Shown: positions 23,256-36,621 of the stretch, in pieces | How positions within the stretch are numbered: position 1 is the stretch's first letter | Layout of the letters: each line of letters starts with the position of its first letter | Source of the DNA: Hypanus sabinus | Lineage: Eukaryota | Direction of reading: 5' to 3' | Assembly (NCBI RefSeq): GCF_030144855.1 | Contig: NC_082725.1 | Span: 26,412,001 to 26,476,000, forward strand | Length of the DNA: 64,000 nt | The notes under the pieces: generated by a model | Database searches by the model: none | Told to the model about the DNA's origin: nothing | Seen by the model: the letters and a program-made list of their open reading frames with translations, nothing else | Made by a program: the position numbers and the translations under genes

Positions 23256-26200
23256 TCAGTTTGAATGTATGAAAAAAGTCTTAATTAGGAAAGTGGGGGA
23301 TTGCATACAATTCCCTGTATATAATTGTGTTTATGTGAATTTTCATCATAAACCATCTACGTGCATTACCTAGAGGACCTGCATGCAGAACAATTCACTT
23401 TACATATTTCACTGTAAAAGCACATTTTCACTGTAAAATGGTGAATTGAAACATTTAGGGAAAAAATATGGTAAATGGAAAAAAAAAATCATTGTTTGAA
23501 AATAGAGAGCAGTTGAACGATCAACCACTTTAAATGCACAACAGTCCTTAGGAAGAATAGTAGAACATTCTGAAAAACTCATCATAGGATACATTACTGG
23601 TGCCCTACAGATATGGGCTGTAAATTTCTGTTCATCTGAGGCTAGTTTATAAAGCTGATAATTTACTCATTAATCATCTAAGCTCATATAAGTATTGACT
23701 GCTAAATGGCTGCAATCGGTTGTCTTGCTGTAACATGCCACGAGCTCATTCCCAAGAACACTGGTGGGCATGCATCAACCACATAATTAGTAGATACCTT
23801 CCAGACAATTAAAATAACTAATTGGCCATTAGCTGTGCATGCTGTGTCCTGCTTTTCAATTTACATCTCCAACAGATTAATTAAAATGAGTGGGGGAGGG
23901 GAGTGGCATTGGGGAGATTGCAGGAAATGCAATATTCTTTTAAAGTTAGATTCATTTCTCTAGGCTACCTAACATCAATAAGGTCTTACATCTGCCATTA
24001 TGTTTGTCATATGTAAGTAATGTATGTTGTTAAATACAATTCATACCATTCTTTTTGCTCGTGGTTGGTTATACCAATCGAACCCCTTCTGTTATGCCTT
24101 GATATCTTACCACTTGTGAAAGCAGTTGAGCATTTATCATTGTTCGTATATTTAATGAGCCTGGGATTACCTGGAATCAATATGGTGCTTGCACTGATTT
24201 TGAACTGAAGTTTAAGTACAAGATTGTATGGGGATACAAAGACTGACTGAAACTTGAAGAATATAATAGTTGCAACAAATAAACCATTCAACTTTCATCC
24301 AAGCAGAGATTTCCACAATCAAGAGCCCCATTCCATGAGCTCCATTTGGAGATGAGAGTAAACTGAGCTTCACATGACAAGGCGTGAGTGCTTTATACAT
24401 TTCAAACTGCTGAATAGCAAACCCCCACCATCAAGAATCATCCACGTGATTAATTATATCTGGATAGATTCCTGAACTTCAATTATACCTTTATTTTTGG
24501 GGAGACTTCCTCTCAGTAATGTAGCCCAGTTCTGAAGGTAAAATGTTTTGAATTAAGCAAAGAATATAGTAACAAATACAAAGACTGTGTAAACTTCATT
24601 TTATTGTGCATCTCATGTTGGTTGGTGAACTGCTATAGTCCCTGTGAAGAAGACACTCCATATTGTTTTTCCATATGAGTGCTTCATAATTTTGGCCCAG
24701 CAAAATGACAGAATGATGATATATCTCCAAATCAGATTGATATGTGGTGTTAAATGGAACTCAATCATGCTTGTGCATCACTGCTGCCCTTGTACATTTT
24801 GGTAGCAGTTTAAGAAGTCCAGCCAGATTAGACTGGGAGCTTTGTTAATATGCATACCACAGTCAATGTGCACAATGGTGGAGAAAAGCAATGTGTGGCA
24901 AAGTAGTGGGGTGCTGATCGAGGGTTGCTTTGCTTTGAAAGAAACTGGGCTCTTCAAGTGATGAAGAGAAGTAAGGGACATTCTATCTCATTCCATTTTT
25001 AAATGGAAAATTGCTTGAAAAATATAATTTCATGCTCAGGTTAATTTAATACATGAGATCCTAAAACAAGAATAATAAGCTTTCTTTTGAAAAGCCAGTT
25101 TTCTTTACTTCAATCTAACTGGTAACTTCCGTGTGAAAAATAGAATATTTGTTCAGGGGAAATTTTGACCAGTAATTACAAAGTGACTCTGTATCTACTC
25201 ATAACAATTGACCATATAGTCTCCTTTCCGGTTCTGTAGGACCCTGAGACTCCAGTTTGTCCTAGAGATATATTCATAATTTGTTGAGAACTAAGCAAAA
25301 TTATTCTGAAAATACAACAATGATTGTTACATTTTCCTCCTTGCTGCTGCTGATTTTTAAGCAGCAGTAGTTCACAGCATCTTGGCAGAGGGAGTGGGGA
25401 GTGTGATACTGGACTGGAGGAGCAGCTGACTGTGACATTGGTAAGAGATGATTTCCAGTCATTAATCTGTGAGAGTAAATTATGCAATGAATGGTAATGT
25501 TATTAATAGGGGAGAGGGTGCTTCAGTGACTGTGTCACTTCACTGGCACACTCTAATTCATTTCTTCAGCAGTGGCAGCATCGGTGACTCCTCCAAGTAA
25601 ATCCCACGTGAATCTCATCAGCGTTCACAGTATAAGCAATAGTATTTAAATTCCTTTGTTCGAAGGAATTAAAAGAAAACAAAGCAGGATGCATTTGCTT
25701 TTGTTAGTCAGAATTCTCTATAGTTGTCATAACTTCAAAGAGATTGATGGTGAAACTCCCTTAAGATCTGTGAAGTGTAGTTTGAGGAAGGGATGAAAGG
25801 ATTCACCAGCACTTTTGCATATCATTACATATAAAATAGAATGCATTTGTTTAAAAGGAAGTGAGTAAACAGATATATTGGGAATAAATATCTCAGTATG
25901 GAAGGTAGGAAAAACTAGCAATGAATGCCAGCAAAATAATATATTTCCCAATTGACTTAATTATCAATATTGCATATTAAGGAAATGTACAGAGCACCAT
26001 ATGTAGCTTCTATTATAAAAACTCAGGAGTGAATAACCACCTTGGTTTGGTGAACCAAGTTTATGAAATCTGTGCATTCCTTGAATAATGGGAATCATGA
26101 ATGAACACTCTTCCCTTGAAGGATGCTAAAGTTTCTATCTCAAGCTGTTAGTCCATTTACCACTTTAAAAGCAACAAACAATGAAGTATCTAATTTTGAC

Positions 26201-26484
26201 TGATTTTCATTACTTGATCTTTTATGATCAATAGCTCATCAAATCAATGATGAATGCATAACATTCTTCCATGTTTGTCCACGATATCTATTGTAATTTT
26301 TTTTTAAAGATTACTTTAATTTCAAATGCAGAGATTGACAAGCATATTTTTATTTATCAACGATACATGAGGTACGATGAGCAAATTCACTTTTGTAGAT
26401 CTTTCAATCAATGGTAATTCTGACCTTATTGTTTTTGCAACAGTGTAAGATTCTGCCTTTTTAATACATTAAATGTAAGGTTGA

Positions 26485-27055
26485 CTATACAGTACTTCAT
26501 TCAGGAGTTTGAAGAGATCTGGTATTTTAACAAAAACTTCTATAGATGTATCGTGGAGAGCATTCTAAAGGCAGTGTCACTGTCTGGTATGGGGGTGGTG
26601 CGGTTACTGCACAGGACAGAAAGGAGCTGCTCAAGGCCGTAACTTTAGTTGGCTCCATTTTGGGTACTAGCCTACAAAGTGCCCAGGACATCTTCAGGGA
26701 GTGGAGTCTCAAAAAGGCAGCGTCCATTATTCAGGACCCCCAGCACCCAGGGCATACCCTTTTCTCACTGTTACCATCAGGTAGGAGATACAGAAGCCAG
26801 AAGGCATACACTCAGTAATTCAGGAACAGCTTCTTCCCCTCTGCCATCTGATTCCTAAATTAAACCCATGAACACTACTTCACTTTTTTAATACATATTA
26901 TTTCTGTCTTTGCGTGATTTTAACCTAGTCTATGTACAAATACTGTATTTGATTTACCTATTTTGTTTCTTCTATAATACATCTTGCATTGAGCTGCTGC
27001 TGCTAAGGTAACAAATATCACGACACATGCCAGTGATAATAATTCTGATTCTGAC
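26485..27055 (+). mobile_element. Rex1/Babar-type LINE 3' fragment
   Basis: ORF 26546-26818 KKAASIIQDPQHPGHTLFSLLPSGRRYRS; tail CTGATTCTGA. Confidence 0.85.
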
Positions 27056-27887
27056 ATTATATATTTTTTCTTTCCTCTCAGTGTATGTGTACTATCAGGG
27101 GAAGCATGATTATAGAAGTTGGGCTGGATCAAAGCATGATGGTGAGGCCATATGGCCTAAATTGTCTTCCTGGAAGATAGATACACAATGGTCATAGTAA
27201 GATTATTAGAAACCAGTATTATTCAATTCCTTTTTACACTTAATCTTCATTGTACACAATCTTTACTATTCTTTTATACAACCATTAAAATCTTTACAAC
27301 TTTAACAATACTTTATAATTAGACTTAGAGAGCATTTATGATATAGGAAGATATTCTAAAAACTTCAAGAATGTCATGTGATGAGTGAAAGAAAAAGAGT
27401 GAAAAATGATCAAGGAAGTATTCTCTAAGGAAGCTTACAAAGGCAGTGAAAAAGATGATAAAACAGCCAGATTTGATAATTAAAGAACTTAAAACCCAGT
27501 TGGCTGAGAGTTCAGCTACCAATGGTGGGTAAAAAGAATAATCAATAGACATTTGTATAGTCTTTACAGAGGACATTACAAAGTGGGCAAATCAAGTTCA
27601 ACAGAGTTTAGAATTTGAAGTGTAGGAGCAAGAGGAACAGTAGTTACTATACCAACAGGTCACCTTTTATAGGCTTACACTCCCTTTTGACAGAATTCCT
27701 TGTCAGGTAAGTATTTCATGAAATATACCTTTCTGTCTTGTTTATAGCCATTTACTTTTTCTCTTATGCATTTGACATAAAATTTACCCTCCCCCTTTCC
27801 AAACTAAATTATTATCAATTCATTCAGATTAGAAATGTGATCCAAGTGTTAAAGATTATTAATATAATAGCTTAAGAATAAAACACT

Positions 27888-28898
27888 TGTTACAAGAATT
27901 ACCCATTGTAATAATGATCAGTGAGGCACAGAGAATCTATAAATACAGACAAGTAACTTTTATTATTTCAACTAAACAAGCAGATGGGTTCACACTCTTA
28001 TCTACCTGTGTGCTCCCTCCTAGAACCTCTGACACTCCATGAACAGTCAATGAAGAGAAAAGATATTACCTGGGAAAGGAACCTACGCTGGCCAGGCGTT
28101 CCTCGTGGTCCCGATCTCCATGTGGGGTCCTCTTTATCCAAGATGGTTGGTCTCTGGTTGCTGGAGAGTTATCGCCTCTGTGTATCCTAAATCTTACTCT
28201 GTTCCTCATCAATAGAACCATTGGATCTCCATCCCATTGGCTCAAGGTCACCTTTTTACTGGTCATTGTACAGGGCTACAGCCAACATTGTTTCATGGCT
28301 CTGCCCACTCCAGCCTTGTGTATTTGTGACTTTACACTCTGACTAGTCCAAGCCAGTTAAATGAGGCAACCCAGACAGAGTCTAATGAGAGTACCGATTA
28401 CAGGTCTGGCATTTTACACAACAAGTAGCTATTCCTCTGAGAATGGTCTCAGGTATATTGTTCTGATTAGATTGTCCCAGAGCCAAAATCAGTTCAGAGT
28501 CTGTGCCCTTTATAAAACAAATGGCTATTTGTTTGAGAATGGTCTCAGGTTTAGCAGATCATTACCTGAAGCTTCCTGTGTCCAGTTGCTCTGATTAGAT
28601 TACCCAAGAGCAAGAAACTGTTCAGAGTCCACAAAATGGGGGGAACAAAGACAACTGGCGTGTCTGCTTTCCCTGTCCTTAATCAGACTGAAGTTTCTTC
28701 TGGCCCACGGTCTAAATTTGATTTATTCCTACGTAAAGCATAAATGTGAACTCTTCATCCTTGACCATTTCAGCCCTATTTGCAATGCTGGCCTTTCAGT
28801 ATTTAAGAGTTCTTTTTTAATTACTGCAGAGAGTATGCATGGCTAGTTTGTTGATCCAAATCAACTTTTGATCAAGCTCCCCTCAGTATTACTTTACA
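27888..28898 (-). mobile_element. Possible solo LTR (ERV- or Gypsy-like)
   Basis: Minus strand reads TG...TAACA with AATAAA (27959-27964), TATAAA near 28512 and duplicated internal blocks; no TSD found, so the right boundary is uncertain. Confidence 0.4.
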
Positions 28899-29610
28899 TT
28901 ACCTGAATTCAAATAAGGCAAGCCAAAAGTTTCATGGGTAGGATATGTGGAATATGATGAAGGATAGAGGGAAACCTACAATGCCTCAAAAATTCGAAGA
29001 GTATCACTTTAATAGCCATTCACTGAAGGAGTAATAAAACAATGTATCATACATTCCCAAATTCCTGTTTCAGGTGAAAGCTTATATAAAACTTGGTGAA
29101 TGTGCTGACAATCAAAATTTGAATCAGTCCATGGCCCATGACCCATGAGAGTGGAGCTAAGGATTTGTTTGTGATCCTCAGCTGGGTGTGTTGAATATTT
29201 CATCAATATTGAAGGCAAAGCTTTGGCTGCAGAGCACCAGAGTGGTTTTATCCTGGCAGTTGGTAAATAATCTTAACATCAAGATAAGAAGTGAAATGGT
29301 TAGAAAGCCTGAGAGCTACAAAAGATGCAAGAAAATTTGTAAGGAGGAGGAATAGTTGTGAATCAGACTAAAATATTTAATGGTCTGAAAACGCTCAAGG
29401 TAAAATAAAAAAAAAGGAATGAATATTATTAGCTTGCACTTACAAGGTCTGTCACTGTGGAGCAATAAAAAGGAAAGAAGAATGCAGAATTATATTCCAC
29501 ATTCAGTGAAGTGTATGTCAAATTGTACAGAGCACCATTGAAACCACAGTCTAAATACTTTGATGTGTTTTGGGCACTAAGCCACAAAGGATTAGAGACG
29601 AAGAGCCATG

Positions 29611-30048
29611 AAGAAAGAAAGATTTATTTATATAATGCCTCTCCTCACTGTAATGGTGTCCCAAAGCACTTCACAGTCAGTGTTTTTTTTTAGTCTAAGA
29701 GATGTGCCAGTTGATTTTCTTCACTGGTTTTTGATAAAATACTTCAAGATAATGACTAGATTAAATTTTTAGTGAGGGATACTGGTAAATATTAGTTGAC
29801 GGATTTATGCTGGTCTTTACACCAAGGAGAAATGCCCTTTTCTCTCCAAATAGTGCTGTAGAATTTCTGGCCTCTTTTTTTGTGGGGGGGGGGGAGGGTG
29901 GGCAGAGGGACTGACTTTCTCAAAAGACAGAGTAGAGCTCCCTTATTGCTGGACTTAAGCATCAGCCTGGTTCAACTCTCTGCAGTCGCCCTTGGGCTCT
30001 CAAATTCAGAGTTAGGGTACTGCTGCTACCGTATAGCCTAAACTGGCA
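29611..30048 (-). mobile_element. DeuSINE (SacSINE1/AmnSINE1-like)
   Basis: Reverse-complemented tail AAGAAAGAAAGATTTATTTATATAATGCC..GTCCCAAAGCACTTCACAG and head-side CATCAGCCT. Confidence 0.6.
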
Positions 30049-31045
30049 GTCTTATTCAAAACTCCGTGTATTAGAGAAGTGAATGTGGATGATAACTAAG
30101 TTAATTATGATCTGATAGGCATTATTGGGAGAACTTTACCTTTTAATATTGAAAGGTTCGAAGTTTACCAGTCAATAGCAGATGAATTAAGTTGTCATGC
30201 TGCAATTCGTGAAAAGAAAGTTGAGGGTTCAAGCCCTGGCAGTTCATCTTCAATTTCTGGAGAGTGTAGGACAATTGCTGAAAGTTGCCAACCGTACCTT
30301 CACTGCCAGGTGGTAAGCCTCTCAATGGACTAAGGCTGCAATACAAGTCAGTCTGCCAAATTCAGGCATGCATGCCCCTTGGATTGGAACAATTCAGTTT
30401 GGATGCACTGCAGTTCTGCAGCATCTGAACAAGAATTTGCCAGGGGAACAGTGCCATTATTTCAATTAAATTATGATATAACAGCTGCAATATTAAAAAT
30501 TCTTATTTCTGGAATGTTGCCTTGGCAATTGACAGTCATAACTCATAAATTTACAATCCAGTTGTGAATATATACTCTGGTTGGAAGTTTGGGTTATTTG
30601 GCTATTGCATTAGAAAGATACACAATTGTGTGATTGAGATGAGTTTTGCCATATGCAATCCCTTCATATTCTTCAAAGAAGCAAATTAACTGATCAATCT
30701 ATTTTTCTAGAAAGAAGAAATACTTTCAGCATGTCTGTACATCTGGAATTATTCCGTTTTGTACTTTAACAGTATGTAAACACCCAAAGTGCATTACCTT
30801 GAATTTATATTTTTTTCTTTGAACAAACTTCTGAGTAAATAGTTCTTATGATTCTCTAATGGAAGTAATAGGTTGAATATATCTGACTGGCCAATTATTC
30901 TCAGACTTTCATGTAGAGGAAAACTTTGTTGAAGCTGTTTTCAGGAGATTAACAGGGTAAGTTTACAGAAATATACTACCTCCATCAAAAGTGTAGAAAC
31001 CAGCAGGTTAAATATGCCAAGATTCCTGATATTCTTCTGCAAGAT

Positions 31046-31540
31046 TTCAAAGTTCAAAGTAAATTTATTATCAAAGTACATATACTTCATTGAGATTTAT
31101 TTTCTTGTGCGCATTCACAGCAGATACAAAGTAACATAGTAAAATCAATGAAAAACTGCACAAACAAGACAAAAGAAGACGAACTGTCCAGATAAATAAA
31201 TAAATAAAAATTGAGGAATTGAGTTATAGAGACCTTGAAAATGAGTCCATAGGTGGTGGAATTAGTTCAGTATTGAAGAGAGTGAAGGTATCCACGCTGA
31301 TTCAGGAGCCTGATGGTTGAACAGTAATAACTTCAACCTGAACTTAGTGGTGTGGAAACTATGATTCCTGTATCTCCTTCCTGATGGCTGCAGTGAAAAT
31401 AGAGCATGGTATGAATGTGGAGGGTCCTTGATGACGGATGCTGCTTTCTTGTGGCAGTGCTCTTTGCAGAAGTGCTCAATGGTAGAGAGGGTTTTTCCTG
31501 TGTTAGACTGTATCCATTACTTTTTGTAGCATTCTCCATT
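31046..31540 (-). mobile_element. Rex1/Babar-type LINE 3' fragment
   Basis: Same tail as 11178-11610; KAASVIKDP-like remnant. Confidence 0.75.
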
Positions 31541-31914
31541 CTTTACTTGGAATGGAATGAGATGATCCTAACTGGCTTATTTGGAATCTAGAAAGAAGCA
31601 GGATGGAGATGACCTTTGGATCATCTTTAATAGGGTTAAAGCAAGTTCATTTTGTAGTTTGATAAATAATATCCAAAGAGTGAAATGAACATAATTGAGT
31701 CCCAGGTGAACAGAACCTCCACGTTTATGAAAATAATTATAAGATGTTCCCTTCAGGGTAAAATCAATTCAACCTAAACCAGCAAGCACTCATCTGTAAC
31801 ATCAGGGGAGACCTCATGTTGATGTTAGTGGCCCAAATTTTGTGAGGTGGTTGGGTACCAGACAATGATAAAAGACATGGGATACTGAGAAACCTCAGAA
31901 TATTTATTTAATTT

Positions 31915-32212
31915 TTAAATTTAGAAATATGGTGCTGAATAGGCCCCTCTGGCCCTTCAACTATCAATGAGCCAGCAACCTCTGACAACATCAATTTAAC
32001 CCAAGCCTAATCACGGGACAATTTACAATGACAATTAACCTACCTGCTACATCTTTGGACTTTGGGAAGAAACCAGAGTACCTGAAGGAAATCCATACAT
32101 TCCACAGGGAGGACATACGAGAAACTCCTTACCGAGAATGTTGAGATGAATTCTGAACTCTGATACCCTGAGCTGTAATAGCATTTCACTAACCCTAAGC
32201 TACCAGGGCGCC
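31915..32212 (-). mobile_element. V-SINE (HE1-like)
   Basis: CATCTTTGGACTTTGGGAAGAAACCAGAGTACCTGAAGGAAATCCA matches the reverse complement of the recalled V-domain. Confidence 0.7.
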
Positions 32213-32304
32213 CAAAATTTTGTTCACTGAGTGAAAAGTGATGACAGGTCATGTTATGCTTTGACGTAGAATGTTTTCAAAATGGGCTCTCAGGCATATG
32301 TCTT

Positions 32305-33450
32305 TCCCAGGATTTTGTTCAGCGACCTTAGCTCAGCATTTAACACAATCATCCCTCAGAGGCTGGTGGGTAAACTCTCCTCATTGAGACTCAATGCCCC
32401 TCTCTGTAACTGGATCCTGAACTTCTTGAAGGAAAGACCCCAGCCAGTAGGTCTGAGTTGGCAGGAACACCTCAAGCTCCATCACGTGGAACACAGGTGT
32501 GTGTAGTGTGCTCAACCCACTACTGTTCATGCTTTTGACTCTCAAAAGTACTGCCAGGTTCAATTCAAATGCATCCTCAAGTTCACTGATGTTACAACAG
32601 TGGCTGGCCTCATCAACAACAACGAGAGGAATTAGAGGGATTTGTCAAGTAGTGCAAGAGATACACCTGAGTCGCAATGTGGAGAACACCAAAGAGATGG
32701 CTGTGGACTTCAGGAAGGTGCGCGTCAATGCCTCTGTTGTGGACAGAGTGAAGAGCACAAAGTTCATTGGTATGCATGTAGTGGATGATGGATACCTGGA
32801 CTCACAATATCTACCCAATCAATCAAGGAAGTACAGCAGTGTCTACACTTTCTGAGGAGACTGAAATGCGCAAGGCTCCCCACCCCATTTCTAACAACTT
32901 TTTACCGGAGCACTCTTGTGAATGTCCAGTCTGGCTGCATCGTTGTGCAGTGCAGAACTTGCAGGGCATCAGACTGCAAGACCCGAGAGAGGATAACAAA
33001 AACTGCCCAAAGGAAAACTGGACTCTCCCTTTCCCCTGTTTGTTTCCATTTACTAGGAGTGCTGTAGACAAAGGGCCCAAAGCATTGTTAAGGATCCCAG
33101 CCACCCATCCTACAATCTCTTTGACCCACTACTGTCAGGGAGGAGGTACAAGAGCATCAGGGCTAGGACTGCCAGACTGGTTAACATCTTTATCCCTCAG
33201 ACCATGAGACTAATGAACACCCTGCCACCACCGAGGTCTCGTCATTAGGACAGTGGGCTGTTTGCTGCACTATATACTGTTTACCTGTGCTGTACACTAA
33301 ATGTAGTCTGAATTATGTTTTATTAATTTGTTGATGATAATGTTTTGTTTTATGTCCTGTGTGTGATATACATATGTTTCGTGGTCCAAAGGAACATTGT
33401 TTCATTTGATTGTATACGTACAATCTGTTGACAACAAACTTGAACTTGAA
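32305..33450 (+). mobile_element. Rex1/Babar-type LINE (RT remnant to 3' end)
   Basis: [25 protein letters not shown]; ends AAACTTGAACTTGAA. Confidence 0.85.
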
Positions 33451-35629
33451 TTGAGCATTGTTTTATTGCATTATAACATATTCAGTGACAAATGACAAAG
33501 GATATTCTGTTGCTTTGCAATGAACTCTAAATCAATAACAGAAGAAAATAATAGATTTGATGACAGAATAGAAGGTTTAATGAATCAGATGATATAAATC
33601 TATTCTAGAGTTTTTTTTGTTCAGTAGCATTTATAATGTCATATTGTAAAATTATGAGTGTCACACAATGATCATATGCCCTGCCTTAATGTAATAGCCA
33701 TTGGTTGTATGTGTGTTTTATAGATTTTACTGTAGTCTGAAATGTGATCATTTTCAGTGCAGGGCACAATATTCAACCTCAGATCTGTACTGTGGACTGA
33801 GCTTTTGGATAAATACTGTATATATTCAGATTTCCAATCTGTTATAATATTTGATGGGCATCCTGCCAGAAAATAAAACCTAAAATGACCAAACTGTTTG
33901 TCATAGAAAGCCCAACAACATAATTTTGATGATGTTGCTTTAAAAGACTTTCATATTTGACATGATTCTCTATTTGTATCTGATGAATTATAATTGAAGC
34001 AAAATCAAATATTTACTGTCTTTCCAGCTTAATCCTTTTGGTTATAGAATAAGAGGAATTTTCCCATTCATTAAAAAAATAGGACATTAGCAAAACATTT
34101 CAAACTTGAAATGAAGTTCAATTCATCAACTCTGCAAATATTTTTAACTTTGAATTAAAATTCATCTTTTGTGCAGGTGACGCAGCTTAAACTTCATTGA
34201 CAGTTCACCTATATTACCTGGGGGTGACATTCATAGCAATTTTGAGCGCGGGATTAAAACCTGCAATTGTTTCTACAAAAAAACCTATTATTTATTGTAT
34301 TTTCAAAATTCAGCTGCAAAATCTTTAGTTTTATCACCAATATTTGTCTTGTACTTTTTTAAACATTGTACCTTATTACAATTAAATCAAGTTTAACTTG
34401 AGGAATTTGGAAATTCCTTCCATGAAATATTGAGGCCAACATTAAGTGAATTCTGGAGAAATTGTCAACTGTTTGACGATGAAAAAATTGTTCTGCACTT
34501 TTATAGGGCCTTTAACAGAGCACTTTACATCAATGAAATACCCCCAAAGTGCAGTATTTTCAGCAATTCAAACAACATTTCTAGAGAGATTAGAGTTAAC
34601 ATTTCAGATTAAGTGTACCAAGGTGTCACTGTGAAGGTGAGGAGTGTTAACCCAGTGCCCTAACCACTGCAATTAGGTAATATCCATGAAAGAATGAAAA
34701 ATAGAGTTAACGGTATCAGCAGTTTGTCTGTTTTTCAAGTTCTGTCACGAACAAGAAAAATCAGTACTGTGAAATTGATAAATTTAATATGGAGTCATAA
34801 GGGCTGCGTTGGTGCTGATTCTATTTATAGATTTTGTAAGAAGAAAGCCAAAGACAGAGAAGTCATATTGAAAGTAGGATGAAGAATTGGAATGACAAAT
34901 AACAGGAACTTCAGGGTCACTTTGAAGAAATAGATGGTGGATATCTGCACAATGAAGAGCCAGTGTGGTTGGTTTCTAAGTGAGGAGGCGATTACGTTCT
35001 GAGTACTGAGTATAATAAGTAGGCTGGAAGAAGTGCAAGAGATTGCTGCTTCACCTGAAAGAACAGTTTCAGTGATACGATAAGGCAAAATGGCACCTCC
35101 TGAGTTTGCAGAAAAAGTAATTAAGAATGTTACTGTGGCTGTAAGAGCAGACAAGGGAAGAATTATTGGTAAGATATGGCAGACGGAGGTCACAGATTTA
35201 TTATTCTGTATAAAGATAAATCTCACTCAGTGATGAAATCTTTATGTCTCTGAAGTCAGTCTTGAACTCTCAGAGTGTTTGCTTAAGCAATGTAAATAAG
35301 TGAAGTTGATGATGGTGATAATTGTAAATCATATGAAGAATAACAAGATATGGTTCTGTATTATATTTGTGAATGTTTAATATATAAAGAAATAACTGAA
35401 GAACCGCATAAATAAATAATATGGCTGAAATAATTGTCAAAGCCAGTAATTGGTTCCTCACCTGATATCTCAATCATGGAAATGCTGATAGATTGTTCCG
35501 TTTATTCTGGGTAGAAATGGTTGGAATGTACAGCAGAATTTCTACTTCCCTCATTTTTACCAGCAACATATGAACTTGCCCTTGACAGAGGTTTCCTTAT
35601 GTGGTGATTGAAATTGTTCTAAAATGCTG

Positions 35630-36183
35630 GATGAGCTAAAGCACACCCCGGTCATCTAGGAGTGATCAAAATAATGCGTTGGCTCAAAACTTTGTCTGAT
35701 GGCCTGAGGTAGATCAGCAGAACAAGCAGCATGGCATTCATTTTTCAGGATGCCAAATTGTCCAGAAGCTGCCGGGAGCAGCACCTCTCCATTCCTGGGA
35801 TTGGCTTGCTTCACCCTACAGAGGATTCATGTGAAGTTTGTCGGACATTCACGGGCACAAATTTCTTGATAGTGGATGCAGCTGCGAGGTGGCTAGAAGT
35901 GTTCCCAGTAGACTGCTACAGACTTGCATTCTGTTCATCTGCTGAGAAGCCTCTGCCCATGGACTAGTGTTCCAGAACACTCAGTCAGTGACGACTAGTG
36001 GCACAGTTTGTGGCAGAACAGTTTCATCATTCCTGAAAATGAATGAAATAAGACAGTTTAACTCTGCACTGTATCACCCAGCCACAAATGGCTTGGTGGA
36101 AAGTTTTGCTCAGAGTCTAAAGAAGGCACTGCAAGCAATGTCAGCAGAACACGCAGCACTGAATAAGAAGCTCACCATTTTCT
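35630..36183 (+). mobile_element. Old Gypsy integrase remnant, left half
   Basis: FLIVDAAARWLEV and SALYHPATNGLVESFAQSLKKAL (integrase core). Confidence 0.8.
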
Positions 36184-36621
36184 TTCTTTCTTTTTCAATC
36201 TTTTTATTATTATTATTAATATCAACAAAATAAAGTTGATACATAGATAATGGGATTACAAACATACACATTTCAACTGAACAGGAAAGAAAACATAAGC
36301 AATGGTTACAGTATAAATGAGTATTCCCAAATCATGGACTATACAAGTAACAAATAAACAAGGCAAACCTAGGTATATCATAATATATATTAAAAAAAAC
36401 AGAAAAAAGAAAAAAAAATTATGCAAAAAAAAATCTAATAATATAATAACTAATAAGGAAAAAAACAAAAAAGAAAAAGGAGAAAAAGAAAAAAAATGGA
36501 AAAAAAGGGCTGTTTATAATATCTCACAAAAATACAAAATCGTCAGAGTCGTCAACTCCGATCCTCTCAACATATATAAAATTGAAACTGGAAAAACAAA
36601 TAGGCTTGGAACAGGGTCATA

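Noticed and set aside
24300-24392. Exon-like segment ending in GTGAGT
   Set aside because: All three plus-strand frames contain stops and there is no protein similarity.
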